Source of the DNA: Actinomycetes bacterium
GTDB taxonomy: Bacteria > Actinomycetota > Acidimicrobiia > Acidimicrobiales > VFJN01
Length of the DNA stretch: 41,348 bases
Assembly (NCBI GenBank): GCA_031422255.1
Contig: JANOQG010000442.1
Location: 1 to 41,348, forward strand
Direction: 5' to 3'
A program made the position numbers and the translations under genes. Shown here in pieces: positions 8,360 to 20,949 of the stretch. The notes below the pieces were generated by a model. It was not told the origin of the DNA and searched no databases. It worked only from the letters and a program-made list of their open reading frames with translations. Positions within the stretch are counted from its first letter, which is position 1. Every line of letters starts with the position of its first letter.

Positions 8360-9943
8360 CTAGCCGACGGTGCCCTCAGCGACGAGGCGCTCCAGCGTGA
8401 GGTCGGGGTGGTCACCCTCGACCCTCGCCAGCCAATAGGGGGATTCGAACAGGGCGTAGCGGGTGCCATCGGCTCTGGCGTAGACGGCCACACCGTGCAG
8501 AGCACGGAGCTTGGCAGTGCTGGCTTCGTCGGTCTTGCGTGCTACCCGCCAGGTAGTGGGGCTGAGCTCGGTGGGGGCGCCGAACTCGTGCTCAAGTCGA
8601 TGCGACGCCACCTCGAACTGCATCGGGCCAACCGCGGCGAGCATCGGGGCCTGGTCGCCAAGGTCCTGGTCGCGCAGCACCTGCACCACGCCCTCCTCAT
8701 CGAGCTGAGCGATGCCGCGCCGGAACTGCTTGAAGCGGCCGGTGTCCTTGACCCGGGCCACCACGAAGTGCTCCGGCGCGAACTCGGGAAGCCGCGGAAA
8801 CTCCACGGGGACGTCGAGGAAGAGTGCATCGCCCACCTTCACGTCGGTGGCGTTCACGAGCCCGATCACGTCGCCGGGCCACGCCTCCTCGATCGTGTCG
8901 CGCTCCTGTCCGAACACCGAATGGGCGTACTTGGTGGCAAACGGCTTCCCGCTGGGCTGGTGCGTAACGACCATGCCGCGCTCGAACTTGCCTGAACACA
9001 CCCGCACGAATGCGATTCGGTCGCGGTGGCTCGGGTCCATGTTGGCCTGGACTTTGAATGCGAAGGCCGAGAACGGAGCGTCGATTGAGCGGGGCACGCC
9101 ATGCACGTCCTCGCGCGGTTCGGGCGACGGCGCGAGGTCGATCACCGCGTCCAGCAGCAGACGGACCCCGAAGTTGGTGAGCGCCGATCCGAAGAACACG
9201 GGCGTCACCTCGCCCTTGCGGAATCGCTCAGGGTCGGCGTGGGCGCCCACCTCATCGAGCAGGCCGATCTCGTCAGTGGCCGCAGTCCAGGCCGCGCCTT
9301 CCTCGACTGCCGCCTGAGACGAGTCGACGACCTCTTCGCCGGCCTCAGTGGCTCCGCGCGCAGTACGGGTGAAGCGCACGTACTCACCGTTGCGCCGATC
9401 GACCACCCCGCGGAAGTCGCCCGCGATCCCCACAGGCCACGTGACAGGAGTTGGCACGATCGCGAGCTGCGTCTCCACCTGATCGAGCAGCTCCAAGGGG
9501 TCGCGGCCGGGGCGATCCCACTTGTTGATGAAGGTCAGCAACGGAAGGTTCCGTTCCCGACACACCTCAAACAGCTTCAGCGTCTGAGCCTCGATGCCTT
9601 TGGCAGCGTCAAGCACCATGATCGCCGCGTCAGCGGCAGCGAGGACCCGGTAGGTGTCCTCCGAGAAGTCGCGGTGACCAGGGGTGTCGAGCAGGTTGAG
9701 CACGGAATCTCGGTAGGGAAACTGCAACACCGTGGAGGTGATCGAGATGCCGCGCTTCTGTTCCATCTCCATCCAGTCGGAAGTCACTCGGCGACGCTCA
9801 CCCCGCGCTTTCACCGCCCCGGCTGACTGCAGCGCGCCGCCATACAGCAGAAACTTCTCGGTGAGCGTGGTCTTGCCGGCGTCTGGGTGACTGATGATGG
9901 CGAAGGTGCGCCGACGGGTGGCTTCCTCGGACGGCGTGGGCAT
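8360..9943 (-). CDS. prfC: Peptide chain release factor 3 (translational GTPase)
   Basis: The N-terminus RRTFAIISHPDAGKTTLTEKFLLYGGALQSAGAVKARG...SDWMEMEQKRGISITS, plus DTPGHRDF and FINKWDR, gives the G1-G4 motifs and overall layout of RF3. Confidence 0.95.
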   Translation of the reverse strand: MPTPSEEATRRRTFAIISHPDAGKTTLTEKFLLYGGALQSAGAVKARGERRRVTSDWMEMEQKRGISITSTVLQFPYRDSVLNLLDTPGHRDFSEDTYRVLAAADAAIMVLDAAKGIEAQTLKLFEVCRERNLPLLTFINKWDRPGRDPLELLDQVETQLAIVPTPVTWPVGIAGDFRGVVDRRNGEYVRFTRTARGATEAGEEVVDSSQAAVEEGAAWTAATDEIGLLDEVGAHADPERFRKGEVTPVFFGSALTNFGVRLLLDAVIDLAPSPEPREDVHGVPRSIDAPFSAFAFKVQANMDPSHRDRIAFVRVCSGKFERGMVVTHQPSGKPFATKYAHSVFGQERDTIEEAWPGDVIGLVNATDVKVGDALFLDVPVEFPRLPEFAPEHFVVARVKDTGRFKQFRRGIAQLDEEGVVQVLRDQDLGDQAPMLAAVGPMQFEVASHRLEHEFGAPTELSPTTWRVARKTDEASTAKLRALHGVAVYARADGTRYALFESPYWLARVEGDHPDLTLERLVAEGTVG

Positions 9944-9995
9944 CGTCCTAGTGAACCGGCTTGGAGCCTCGGCAGCGAACCGACGGCACGCGGCC

Positions 9996-10029
9996 GCGCT
10001 TGACCCGCGGGTCAGTGTTGGTCAAGCGC
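9996..10029. promoter_or_regulatory. Nested inverted repeats with three TGACC/GGTCA half-sites in the prfC / ABC divergent spacer; candidate operator or alternative RNA hairpin
   Basis: GCGCTTGACC (9996-10005) is the exact reverse complement of GGTCAAGCGC (10020-10029). TGACCCGCGGGTCA (10001-10014) is a perfect 14-bp palindrome that shares the same TGACC arm. Confidence 0.35.
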
Positions 10030-10090
10030 CCAGCAACGGGGCTCCCGACCACCTAGGTTCCCCGCCACTGCTACCGAGCATGTCCAGGGG

Positions 10091-12297
10091 GTGAGGGTGA
10101 GCGAGGTCGAGGGAGCTTCGCTCCGTGGACGGGTGACCCCGACGGCACTCGTGCGCCTCCGGCGACCCGTCGACAGCCTGAGCCCTCTCGTCATCCTCAC
10201 GCTGCTGGCCGTCGTGCTCTGGCAGCCGACCCTCGGGATCGTGGTCCAGGGTGCCCTCGTCGGCGCGATCAGCGCGCTGCTCGCCGTGGGCATCGCCCTC
10301 GTCTACCGCGCCAATCGCATCGTGAACTTCGCGCAGGGAGATCTGGGTGTCGTGCCGGCGATCCTGGCGATCCTCCTCCTTGCCCCGGACCAGGCTGGCG
10401 GTCCCCCCGACTGGATGACGGGCCTTCCCTATGTCGTCGCCCTTCTCGTCGGGTTGGGAGCGGCAATCGTGTTGGGCTTCCTCGTCGAGAAGCTCTTCAT
10501 CCTGCGATTCTCCCGCGCGCCTCGGCTCATCATGACGGTGGCGACGATCGGCGTGGCCCAGATCCTGGCCGCCCTCGCCCTGTTCATGCCCGGGTGGTTC
10601 GGGTTCAAGGGCCTCGGCGCCCCGAGGCTCGACCCGCCGTTCGACGTCACCGCCAAGATCGGCGGCATCACCTTCGACGACAACGACCTGATGGTCTTCA
10701 TCCTCGTGCCACTGCTGCTCGGTGCGCTTGCGTGGTTCCTGCGGGCCACCCGCGTCGGCATCGCGATCCGAGCCGTCGCGGAACGCTCCGATCGAGCCGC
10801 CACGTTGGGCATACCCGTGGGGCGAATCCAAACCACCGTCTGGGTGATCACAACCGTGCTCGCCTTCGTGACGGTGTTCCTGCGCTCGGGCGTGATCAGC
10901 GTGCCCATCGGGAGCGTGCTCGGCGTCACGGTGCTGGTCCGGGCCCTGGCCGCGGCGGTGATCGGGCGCATGGAGAGCTTCCCGCGCATCACGGCAGCGG
11001 CGGTGGGTCTGGGGGTCGTGGAGCAGTCGATCGTGTACTCGACCGGCCGCGACATCTACGTGTTCCCGGTGATCTTCGCGATCATCGTGGTGGCCATCGC
11101 CCTCAACCGTCGGCGACGCGGCAGCCGCGTCGACGACGACATCGTCTCCACCTGGCAAGCCGTGCGCGAGATCCGTCCCGTGCCCACCGAGCTGCGCCGG
11201 ATACCGGAAGTGCTGGCGGCCCGGTACGTGCTCCTCGCTGTGGCGGGCGCCATCCTGATCGCCCTGCCACTGCTCCTCCCCGACGGCAAGCTCTCAATCG
11301 CTACGGACACGGCGATCATCGCCACGGTCGCCATCTCACTCGTGCTGCTGACCGGCTGGTCGGGGCACGTCAGCCTGGGACAGATGGCGTTCGCGGCCGT
11401 CGGCGGCGCGGCCGGAGGGTGGATCACCCAGTCCGCAGGGCTCGACCTCGCCATCGCGCTGGTGGTCGGCGGGCTGGCGGGAGCGCTCCTCGCGGTGCTT
11501 GTGGGCCTGCCCGCGGCACGAGCCGGGGGCCTCACCCTTGCCGTCATCACGCTGGCCCTCGCCTCCGCAACGCTGTACTGGCTGCTGAACCCGGAGTTCT
11601 TCTCCTGGGTCCCGCGTGGACGGTTCCGTGAGGACCCACAGCTGTTTGGTCGCATCCTCATCGATTCGGAGCAGTCGTTCTACGTCCTCGCACTGGCGGT
11701 GCTCGCGCTCGCGGTCGCCATGCTCCAGGGCATCCGCCGCAGCCGAACCGGCCGCGTCTTGATCGCCCTCCGGGAGAACCCACGCGCCGCTGAGTCCTAC
11801 GGCGTCAACGCGGTGCGCACGATGCTCTCCGCCTTCGCGTTCTCCGGGTTCATCGCGGCCATGGCCGGAGTGCTGTTCGTGCATCACCAGCACGGACTCT
11901 CCAACAGCATCAACGGCAACCCGTTCAGCCCCGAGGCAAGCCTGCGAGTCTTCTCGATTGCCGTGATCGGGGGCCTCGGCTCGATCCCGGGCGCCATCGT
12001 TGGCACGGTCTACGTCTTCTCACTCCAGTACTACATGCTCCCGGAGTACCGCTTCCTCGCCACCGGGTTCGGCTTGTTGGCCATCCTGCTCATCCTCCCC
12101 GGCGGCCTTGGTGCGGGCTTCGTTGAGGCACGGGACGCCGGCCTTCGGTGGGTGGCCAAGCGGCGCAACATCCTGGTGCCAAGCCTCGTCGCCGACCGCC
12201 GTGCCGACAGCTTCCACGTCACACCCGAGATGGCCCAGGCCGTGGCAGAGGCAATCGACCGACCCGAGATCGACGAGCTTTCCGAGGAGACCCGCGC

Positions 12298-12301
<4 letters not shown>
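10091..12301 (+). CDS. Fused branched-chain amino acid (HAAT) type ABC permease, LivH-like plus LivM-like halves in one polypeptide
   Basis: 736 aa and highly hydrophobic throughout. The first half has the LivH-type VYRANRIVNFAQGDLGV motif. The second half has the LivM-type LLTGWSGHVSLGQMAFAAVGG motif. The start (GTG 10091) is uncertain, and several GTGs lie downstream. Confidence 0.88.
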
Positions 12302-15306
<3,005 letters not shown>

Positions 15307-15321
15307 CCCAGGAGGTCCTCC

Positions 15322-17028
15322 ATGGCAGATTCCACCAGCTCCGGCTCGTCCCAAGCGCTCAAGCGCTACGGACCCATCATCGCCGTCGTGGCAGTGGTGG
15401 TGGCCGCCATCGTGATGTTCGGTGGGGGTGACGACAACAAGACCGCCGACCCAGCCCCCGATCGCGGTGCCGCCCGCGATGGTCTGCCCCGCACCTTCCA
15501 GGAAGCGAAGGCACAAGGCATCAAGGACATCGACTGGGGTCCGGGTTGCGACACCGACACCGGCCGAATCGCCATTCCCCTTCGCAATGCCGCGCCGTGC
15601 ATCGAGCCCTTCGACGGTTCCGACAACGGAGGCACAACCTCCCCCGGGGTCACGGCCGAGACGATCAAGATCGTGGTGTACCAGGGCGAGCCCGACCCGT
15701 TGCAACAGGCCATCGTCGGAGCGGCCGGGGCCGACACCGACCCCGCCGACGCCGCTCAAACGGGCGTCGACTACCTCCACATGTTGGAGGACGTCTACGA
15801 GACCTACGGCCGCACGCTCGACATCCAGGTGGTGAAGGCCACCGGCGGCCCCGGCGATGCAACGGCGGCCCAAGCCGACGCTCGCGCCGTCATCGACATG
15901 AAGCCCTTCGCTGTCCTCGGTGGCCCCGCCCAGACTCCGGTGTACTGGCAGGAGATCGTGGACGCGGGAATCCTCTGCGTCGGCGGCTGCTCCCTTGCTG
16001 AGGGCTGGGACGCTGTGGAAGAAGCAGCCCCATACCTCTGGCCCACCGGGCTGGCCCCTGAGCAGGCAGACCTGCACCTCGTGGAGATGGTCGGCAAGCA
16101 GCTCGTCGGCAAGCCAGCGGAGTACGCGGGTGACCCCAGCCTGCAGAGCAAAGAGCGCGTCTTCGGCTGGATCCAGGCGGAGACCGAGACCGGCGAGTAC
16201 ACCGCGCGCAACGACGAGTTCGAGCGTCTCCTCTCTGCGGACTACGGCGGTGAGGTCGTCGCTCGGTCCACGTACCTGTTCGATCCCGGCGCCGCCCAGG
16301 AAACGGCAACCGCAGTCGTGACACGGATGCGGGACGCCGGGGTCACCACCGTGATCCTGAGCGTCGACCCGATCATCCCGGCCACGATCACCCGCGAGGC
16401 CACCAAGCAGGGCTACTTCCCCGAGTGGGTCATCGGCCCCTCGGTGCTCGCCGACACCACCATCTTCGGCCGAACCTTCGACCAAGAGCAGTGGGCGCAT
16501 GCCTTCGGCATCTCCTTGCCGTCCGCCCGCGCCGACAACTCCCTGTCCGATGCCTTCGCTGTCTACGATTGGTACTTCGGCGTCGAGGCCCCCGTGAACA
16601 CAGTGAACGTCATCCTCCCCGGACCTGCCCAGCTCCTGCTCGGCATCCACCTCGCCGGGGCGGATCTCACGCCGCAGACGTTCGAGCAGGGGCTGTTCCG
16701 CTACCCGGCGCTCGGTGGGGGAAAGACCTTCTCCTATGTGTCATGGGGCGAGAAGCTGTGGGGCCGGCCCGACTACAACAGCTCTGACGACACCAGCGTC
16801 ATCTGGTGGGATGCCACGGCAACCGGCGAGGACGAGACCGGCAACGAGGGCACCGGGATGCTCCGCTACGTCGACGGCGGCACGCGGTACCTGCCCGGCG
16901 AATGGCCCACGGACCCGATTGCCCTGTTCGAACAGGCCGGTTCGGTCACGGTCTACGACGATCTGCCGGCCAGCGACACCTTGCCGGACTATGCCCCGTG
17001 GCCGGGATCTCCGGCGGCGGGAGGCTGA
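15322..17028 (+). CDS. ABC transporter substrate-binding protein (type I periplasmic-binding fold, Liv-type), signal-anchored
   Basis: An AGGAGG Shine-Dalgarno sits at 15310-15315. The N-terminal TM segment is YGPIIAVVAVVVAAIVMFGG. At 568 aa it is larger than typical LivJ/K. The assignment rests mainly on operon position plus the alternating beta-alpha pattern, so it needs an HMM check. Confidence 0.7.
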   Translation: MADSTSSGSSQALKRYGPIIAVVAVVVAAIVMFGGGDDNKTADPAPDRGAARDGLPRTFQEAKAQGIKDIDWGPGCDTDTGRIAIPLRNAAPCIEPFDGSDNGGTTSPGVTAETIKIVVYQGEPDPLQQAIVGAAGADTDPADAAQTGVDYLHMLEDVYETYGRTLDIQVVKATGGPGDATAAQADARAVIDMKPFAVLGGPAQTPVYWQEIVDAGILCVGGCSLAEGWDAVEEAAPYLWPTGLAPEQADLHLVEMVGKQLVGKPAEYAGDPSLQSKERVFGWIQAETETGEYTARNDEFERLLSADYGGEVVARSTYLFDPGAAQETATAVVTRMRDAGVTTVILSVDPIIPATITREATKQGYFPEWVIGPSVLADTTIFGRTFDQEQWAHAFGISLPSARADNSLSDAFAVYDWYFGVEAPVNTVNVILPGPAQLLLGIHLAGADLTPQTFEQGLFRYPALGGGKTFSYVSWGEKLWGRPDYNSSDDTSVIWWDATATGEDETGNEGTGMLRYVDGGTRYLPGEWPTDPIALFEQAGSVTVYDDLPASDTLPDYAPWPGSPAAGG

Positions 17029-17034
17029 GCTGTC

Positions 17035-17067
17035 CCGGCTCGCGCCCGCCGTGGGTGCGAGCCGGGT
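17035..17067 (+). terminator. Candidate stem-loop terminator after the ABC operon
   Basis: CCCGGCTCGC (17035-17044) pairs perfectly with GCGAGCCGGG (17058-17067) around a 13-nt loop, starting 7 nt after the stop codon. No T-tract follows, which is common in high-GC actinobacteria. Confidence 0.4.
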
Positions 17068-17116
17068 CACGCACACCCGCTACCAGCTCCCAGGCGTCGG
17101 ACGCGAGACTGCCGCC

Positions 17117-17395
17117 GTGAACCGCCCGCACCCTGCCTGGCTCCTTGGGGTGTGGGGAGGTGCCACCGCGCTCGCGCTGCTGTTCGCGCACACCACACGG
17201 GTGGGCCCAGCCGTGCACCTGTGGGCCAGCCACGGAGTGCACCTCGGGGACCTTGGCGCCTTCGCAATCAGCTATGCCGGGGCAACCAGCCTCACCCTCC
17301 GCCGCCATAGCGCTGAGGTACCCGCTGCCGAGGGCGCTCACGTGGACGGCAGGAGGGGCACCACCAGATCCACCGAGTCGGGACACACGAGGTGA
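17117..17395 (+). CDS. Candidate small two-TM membrane protein (hypothetical)
   Basis: The GTG at 17117 lies in the otherwise unassigned convergent gap. The product is VNRPHPAWLLGVWGGATALALLFAH...LGDLGAFAISYAGATSLTL..., and third codon positions are mostly G/C. It overlaps the 3' end of the Nudix gene by 58 nt. Support is weak. Confidence 0.2.
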   Translation: MNRPHPAWLLGVWGGATALALLFAHTTRVGPAVHLWASHGVHLGDLGAFAISYAGATSLTLRRHSAEVPAAEGAHVDGRRGTTRSTESGHTR

Positions 17396-17841
17396 TCCTC
17401 GAGCCACCCCCCGAGGTGGGACAAGGCGACGGTGGCCACCTCGACCACCTCCCCATCGGGGCAGGAGAAGGGGCCATCGCTGTGCGCCAGGTACACACGA
17501 GCGTTCAGCCGCACACCGGGTGCCTGCCAGCGGTCCGTGCCGAGGAGCTCCAACGGAGCAGCAACTCCCGCCTCTTCGAGGAGCTCGCGATGCGCCGCGT
17601 CCGTCCACGCCTCGCCGGCCCCGAGGACGCCGCCAAAGCAAACGTCCCACCAGCCCGGGTAGACGTCCTTCCACGCAGCCCGACGATGCACGACCAGCTC
17701 CCGCGTGGACGTCAGCACGGCGACGTAGCACGCTCGGTGACGCGCCCGGTCTCCACGAGCGCGCATCTCGCCCCTGGTGACCACCTCGAGGACACGGTCG
17801 TCCTCATCGACAAGATCGACGAGCTCGGAGTCGGCGCTCAC
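17338..17841 (-). CDS. Nudix hydrolase
   Basis: The Nudix box is complete: GVLGAGEAWTDAAHRELLEEAGV (Gx5Ex7REUxEExGU). The start was chosen at GTG 17841..17839, which overlaps the upstream TGA (GTGA). The longer ORF to 18087 would lie inside the upstream gene. Confidence 0.8.
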   Translation of the reverse strand: MSADSELVDLVDEDDRVLEVVTRGEMRARGDRARHRACYVAVLTSTRELVVHRRAAWKDVYPGWWDVCFGGVLGAGEAWTDAAHRELLEEAGVAAPLELLGTDRWQAPGVRLNARVYLAHSDGPFSCPDGEVVEVATVALSHLGGWLEDHLVCPDSVDLVVPLLPST

Positions 17842-19052
17842 ACGTAGGTGGGCTCCACCCCGATCGCGTCGTACACCGCCCTGATGAGACCCCCCGAGCG
17901 CGGGTCGCCGTTGAGGCTCATGCCCATCTTGTTCATGACGTAGCCGAACCCGATTGCGTTCTCCGGATCCGTGAAACCGACCGACCCTCCCGCTCCGGTG
18001 TGCCCAAAGGCCTTGGCTCCGCCGTAGGGGGCAAACGCAGAGGCAACGAAGAACCCAAGACCGAACGTGGTCTCGAACTGGAGGCACTTGTCGGGTCCGG
18101 ATGTCTGGAGCTCCGATGCCTTGGCGACCTGTTCCGCCCCCAGGATCGCCTCGGCTGGGCCACCCTCCACCGACCCAGTGAGACCCGCGTAGAACCGCGC
18201 GAGCGAACGGGCATTGGTGACACCGTTGGCAGCGGGGATCTCGGCGGCCCGGATCGCCGGGTTGTTGAACCCACCCTCGGCACCGGCCAGCGCACCGCTG
18301 GGAGCCCCGAGGGCCTTGCCGAGCATCGTGTCGGGCCCCATGAACTGCTCGATCAGCTTGGCCAGCTCAGGATCACCTGCAGGGGCGCCGTCCCCTCGGG
18401 CGCCTGCAAACATGCCCCACTGAATGAGCGGAGCGACACGATGCTGCTCCTCGGCGGGAAGGCCGATCCAGAAATCGAGGCCCAACGGCACAGCGAACTC
18501 ATCGTGGAAGAACGTGCCAAGGCTCTTGCCCGAGATCCGCTTCACAACCTCGCCCACGAGCCATCCGTAGGTGGTGGCGTGATACCCGTGCGCGGTACCG
18601 GGCTCCCACACTGGGGCCTGCGCCTCGAGGGCTCGCACCACGGGCTCCCAGGCCAAGGCCTCCTCGAGTGTGAGCTCGGCATCGACGTACGGGAGGCCCG
18701 CCTTGTGGCACAGCAGCCACCGCACAGGGATGTCCGCCTTGCCGGCGGCCTTGAACTCGGGCCAGTAGGTGGCGACGGGGGCGTCGATGTCGAGGTCCCC
18801 CCGCTGCGCCAGCAGGTTGGCGCACGCGGCAGTGGCGCCCTTCGTCGTCGAGAACACGAGCTGCAGCGTGTCGGCCGTGTAGGGAGTGCCGGCCGCTTGG
18901 TCGGCGATGCCGCCCCAGAGGTCGACGACCTTCCGGCCGCGCACGTAGACGGACGCCGCGGCGCCCACCTCGCCATGCTCCGCGAAGTTGGCGGCGAACG
19001 CCTCCGCCACCCGTTCAAACCCAGGCTCTACGCCCCCACCGATCTCGGTCAT
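17838..19052 (-). CDS. Serine hydrolase, beta-lactamase (class C / EstA esterase) family
   Basis: 404 aa. The SxxK active-site motif is FSTTKGATA, a YHATTYGW region is present, and a C-terminal HTGAGGS (KTG-like) triad is present. Confidence 0.85.
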   Translation of the reverse strand: MTEIGGGVEPGFERVAEAFAANFAEHGEVGAAASVYVRGRKVVDLWGGIADQAAGTPYTADTLQLVFSTTKGATAACANLLAQRGDLDIDAPVATYWPEFKAAGKADIPVRWLLCHKAGLPYVDAELTLEEALAWEPVVRALEAQAPVWEPGTAHGYHATTYGWLVGEVVKRISGKSLGTFFHDEFAVPLGLDFWIGLPAEEQHRVAPLIQWGMFAGARGDGAPAGDPELAKLIEQFMGPDTMLGKALGAPSGALAGAEGGFNNPAIRAAEIPAANGVTNARSLARFYAGLTGSVEGGPAEAILGAEQVAKASELQTSGPDKCLQFETTFGLGFFVASAFAPYGGAKAFGHTGAGGSVGFTDPENAIGFGYVMNKMGMSLNGDPRSGGLIRAVYDAIGVEPTYV

Positions 19053-19152
19053 GGTTCACCCTCGCTCGCGTTGAAGCGCCCAGGGTGACACGCGCGGGAG
19101 TTCGGCTGCACGCGACGCTCCCTACCCGGTCAACCGAGCGTCGGCGGATCGG

Positions 19153-20010
19153 TCAGGCGGTGACAGCGGTTGCAGGCGATCGGCTCGCGAACGCGCGGAC
19201 CTCTTGGCTGAGCAGCACGAGGAAGAACAGGGCCACCGACGTCCCCGCCATGGTCGCCCCTGCTGCGGTGCCGTAGTGGTAGCTGAGGATGAGTCCCGCG
19301 GCTACTGCGAGCCATCCAACGGCCACGGCAACCACCATGCACAGCCAGACACGGCGCACGAGCAAGGCGGCGGTGGCCGGGGGGCCAATCAGCAGGCCGA
19401 ACACAAGGAGCGTGCCGACCGCCTGAAACGAGGAAACGATCGCCAACGCGATCAATGCGAGCAGAGCAAGGTGCGTGGCGGCTGGGTGGAGCCCAAGGCT
19501 TCCGGCCTTGGCCTCGTTGAACGACAGGACGAGGAAGGCGCGATACCCCAGCAGGGTGGCGACCAGCACGAGCGCCGCCGCCAGGGCCTGGAGACGCACA
19601 TCGGCAGCGGTGACCCCCAGGACATCCCCGAACAGCAGGCTCTGCACGTCGTTGGTGAAGGAGGTGCTCTTCGAGATGATGATCACCCCGAGGGCGAGCA
19701 TCCCGACGAACAGCAGCCCCACGCCGGTGTCTTCCGCCAACCGGGAGCGACGCTTCACCAAGCTGACCCCGCCGACCATCACTGCAGCACTCAGCAGCGC
19801 CCCCACGGTGAGGTTGAATCCCCACACGACCGCCAAGGCCATGCCGGGGAGGACGCCGTGGGCCAGCGCGTCGCCGAGGAAGCTCATTCCACGCAGCACG
19901 ACCCAGGTACCGACAACCGAGCTGGCGACAACCGCGAGCGCGCCCGCAACGAGCGCGCGCTGCATGAACTCGGGGTCGAAGGGGTCGAGGAGCCAGTGCA
20001 CGACGTCCAT
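19153..20010 (-). CDS. Metal (Zn/Mn) ABC transporter permease, ABC-3 family (ZnuB/MntB/TroC-like)
   Basis: 285 aa with 8-9 TM segments. The N-terminus FMQRALVAGALAVVASSVVGTWVVLRGMSFLGDALAHGVLPG is characteristic of ABC-3 permeases. Confidence 0.88.
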   Translation of the reverse strand: MDVVHWLLDPFDPEFMQRALVAGALAVVASSVVGTWVVLRGMSFLGDALAHGVLPGMALAVVWGFNLTVGALLSAAVMVGGVSLVKRRSRLAEDTGVGLLFVGMLALGVIIISKSTSFTNDVQSLLFGDVLGVTAADVRLQALAAALVLVATLLGYRAFLVLSFNEAKAGSLGLHPAATHLALLALIALAIVSSFQAVGTLLVFGLLIGPPATAALLVRRVWLCMVVAVAVGWLAVAAGLILSYHYGTAAGATMAGTSVALFFLVLLSQEVRAFASRSPATAVTA

Positions 20011-20019
20011 CTCAGCAGG

Positions 20020-20913
20020 TCAACCGAGGGCAGCCGCGATGCGCTGCGCATTCGTGCGCATGAGGTGAAGGTAGGTGTCGCCATCGGAGCCAGGCTCCCC
20101 CACGGATTCGCTGAACAGCTCCACTACCTCGACGTCGGTGCCCTCGCCGGCGAGGGCCGCAGCCACGCGGGTGGATGCGGAGGTGTCGGCGAAGATGGCG
20201 GGAACCCCCGCGGTGGCGATCACCGACGCGAGGTCGCTGATCTCCTTGGCGCTCGGCTCCGCCAGGGTGCTCCCGACGGGGATCACCGCGCCGAGGATCT
20301 CGAAGTCGTACCGCTCCGCGAAGTACCCGAACACGTCGTGGTTGGTCACGAGCACGCGGTGATCCAGTGGCACCACGCGGAGGAGCGTCTCCACCTCGGA
20401 GTCCAGTGCCCGCAGCTCGGCGACGTACCCCTCCACCTGCGCTCGGTACGACGGCGTATCCAGGGCCCGCACCTCCATCACCAGCTGGGCGGCGATGGCC
20501 TCCGCGATCACCACCATGTTTGCCGGCGAGGTGAACACATGGGGGTCGTTGCCCAGCAGCGCTACCTCCTCCGTGGCCGTCACCACCGTTGCGCCGTCGG
20601 CCTCGGCGGCCATGATCGTGTCGACCAAGCCCGCCTCGAATCCTCCGCCATTGACCACGAGCAGATCTGCCCTGCGCATCGCAACGGCCTGCTTCGGCGA
20701 CGGGGCGAAGTCATGAGGATCGGCGTTGGGCGGCATGATCACCTCGACGTTCGCCTCGTTGCCCACGAGATGCTTGACGACGTCACCGAGGATGTTCGTG
20801 GTGACCACGATTCGGGGCGCGCCCTCGTTGCTTCCGTCGGCAGTGCCGCAGCCAGAGACGCCCAGCCCGAGGGCCGCCAGCACGGCCACCCCTCGGGAGA
20901 GAATGGTTCTCAT
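20020..20913 (-). CDS. Metal ABC transporter substrate-binding lipoprotein (ZnuA/TroA cluster-9 family)
   Basis: The ATG at 20913 gives MRTILSRGVAVLAALGLGVSGCGT, a signal peptide with a lipobox. DPHDFAPSPKQ, DPHVFTSP and HDVFGYFAERY are metal-binding His/Asp motifs of the family. Alternative ATGs lie at 20943 and 20949. Confidence 0.85.
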   Translation of the reverse strand: MRTILSRGVAVLAALGLGVSGCGTADGSNEGAPRIVVTTNILGDVVKHLVGNEANVEVIMPPNADPHDFAPSPKQAVAMRRADLLVVNGGGFEAGLVDTIMAAEADGATVVTATEEVALLGNDPHVFTSPANMVVIAEAIAAQLVMEVRALDTPSYRAQVEGYVAELRALDSEVETLLRVVPLDHRVLVTNHDVFGYFAERYDFEILGAVIPVGSTLAEPSAKEISDLASVIATAGVPAIFADTSASTRVAAALAGEGTDVEVVELFSESVGEPGSDGDTYLHLMRTNAQRIAAALG

Positions 20914-20929
20914 GCCTGCGAACCTAGAG

Positions 20930-20943
20930 ATGATGGTTATCAT
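20930..20943. promoter_or_regulatory. Fur/Zur-type operator candidate (ATGAT-GGTT-ATCAT) in the divergent metal-uptake spacer
   Basis: This is the only AT-rich patch in the region (AGAGATGATGGTTATCATTCGCAAA). It has 5-bp inverted arms with the TGAT/ATCA core shared by Fur-family boxes. It sits between divergent transporter genes, and a Fur-family regulator is encoded in the same locus. Confidence 0.5.
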
Positions 20944-20949
20944 TCGCAA

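Noticed and set aside
10022-11158. 378-aa minus-strand ORF extremely rich in His/Asp/Arg/Glu, superficially like a metal-binding protein.
   Set aside because: It is antisense to the hydrophobic LivHM permease. The composition is the mirror image of a membrane-protein coding strand and is not evidence of function.
16946-17731. 261-aa minus-strand ORF and 211-aa plus-strand ORF across the Nudix region.
   Set aside because: They are out of frame or antisense relative to the Nudix gene, which carries a complete Nudix box. They are Arg/Gly/Pro-rich with no motifs.
19204-20949. The 5' 580 codons of the 830-aa plus-strand ORF 19204..21696.
   Set aside because: Only the last ~250 codons encode the ABC ATPase. 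The upstream part is antisense to the metal permease and SBP genes and translates to charged low-complexity sequence (H/E/R/G/D-rich).
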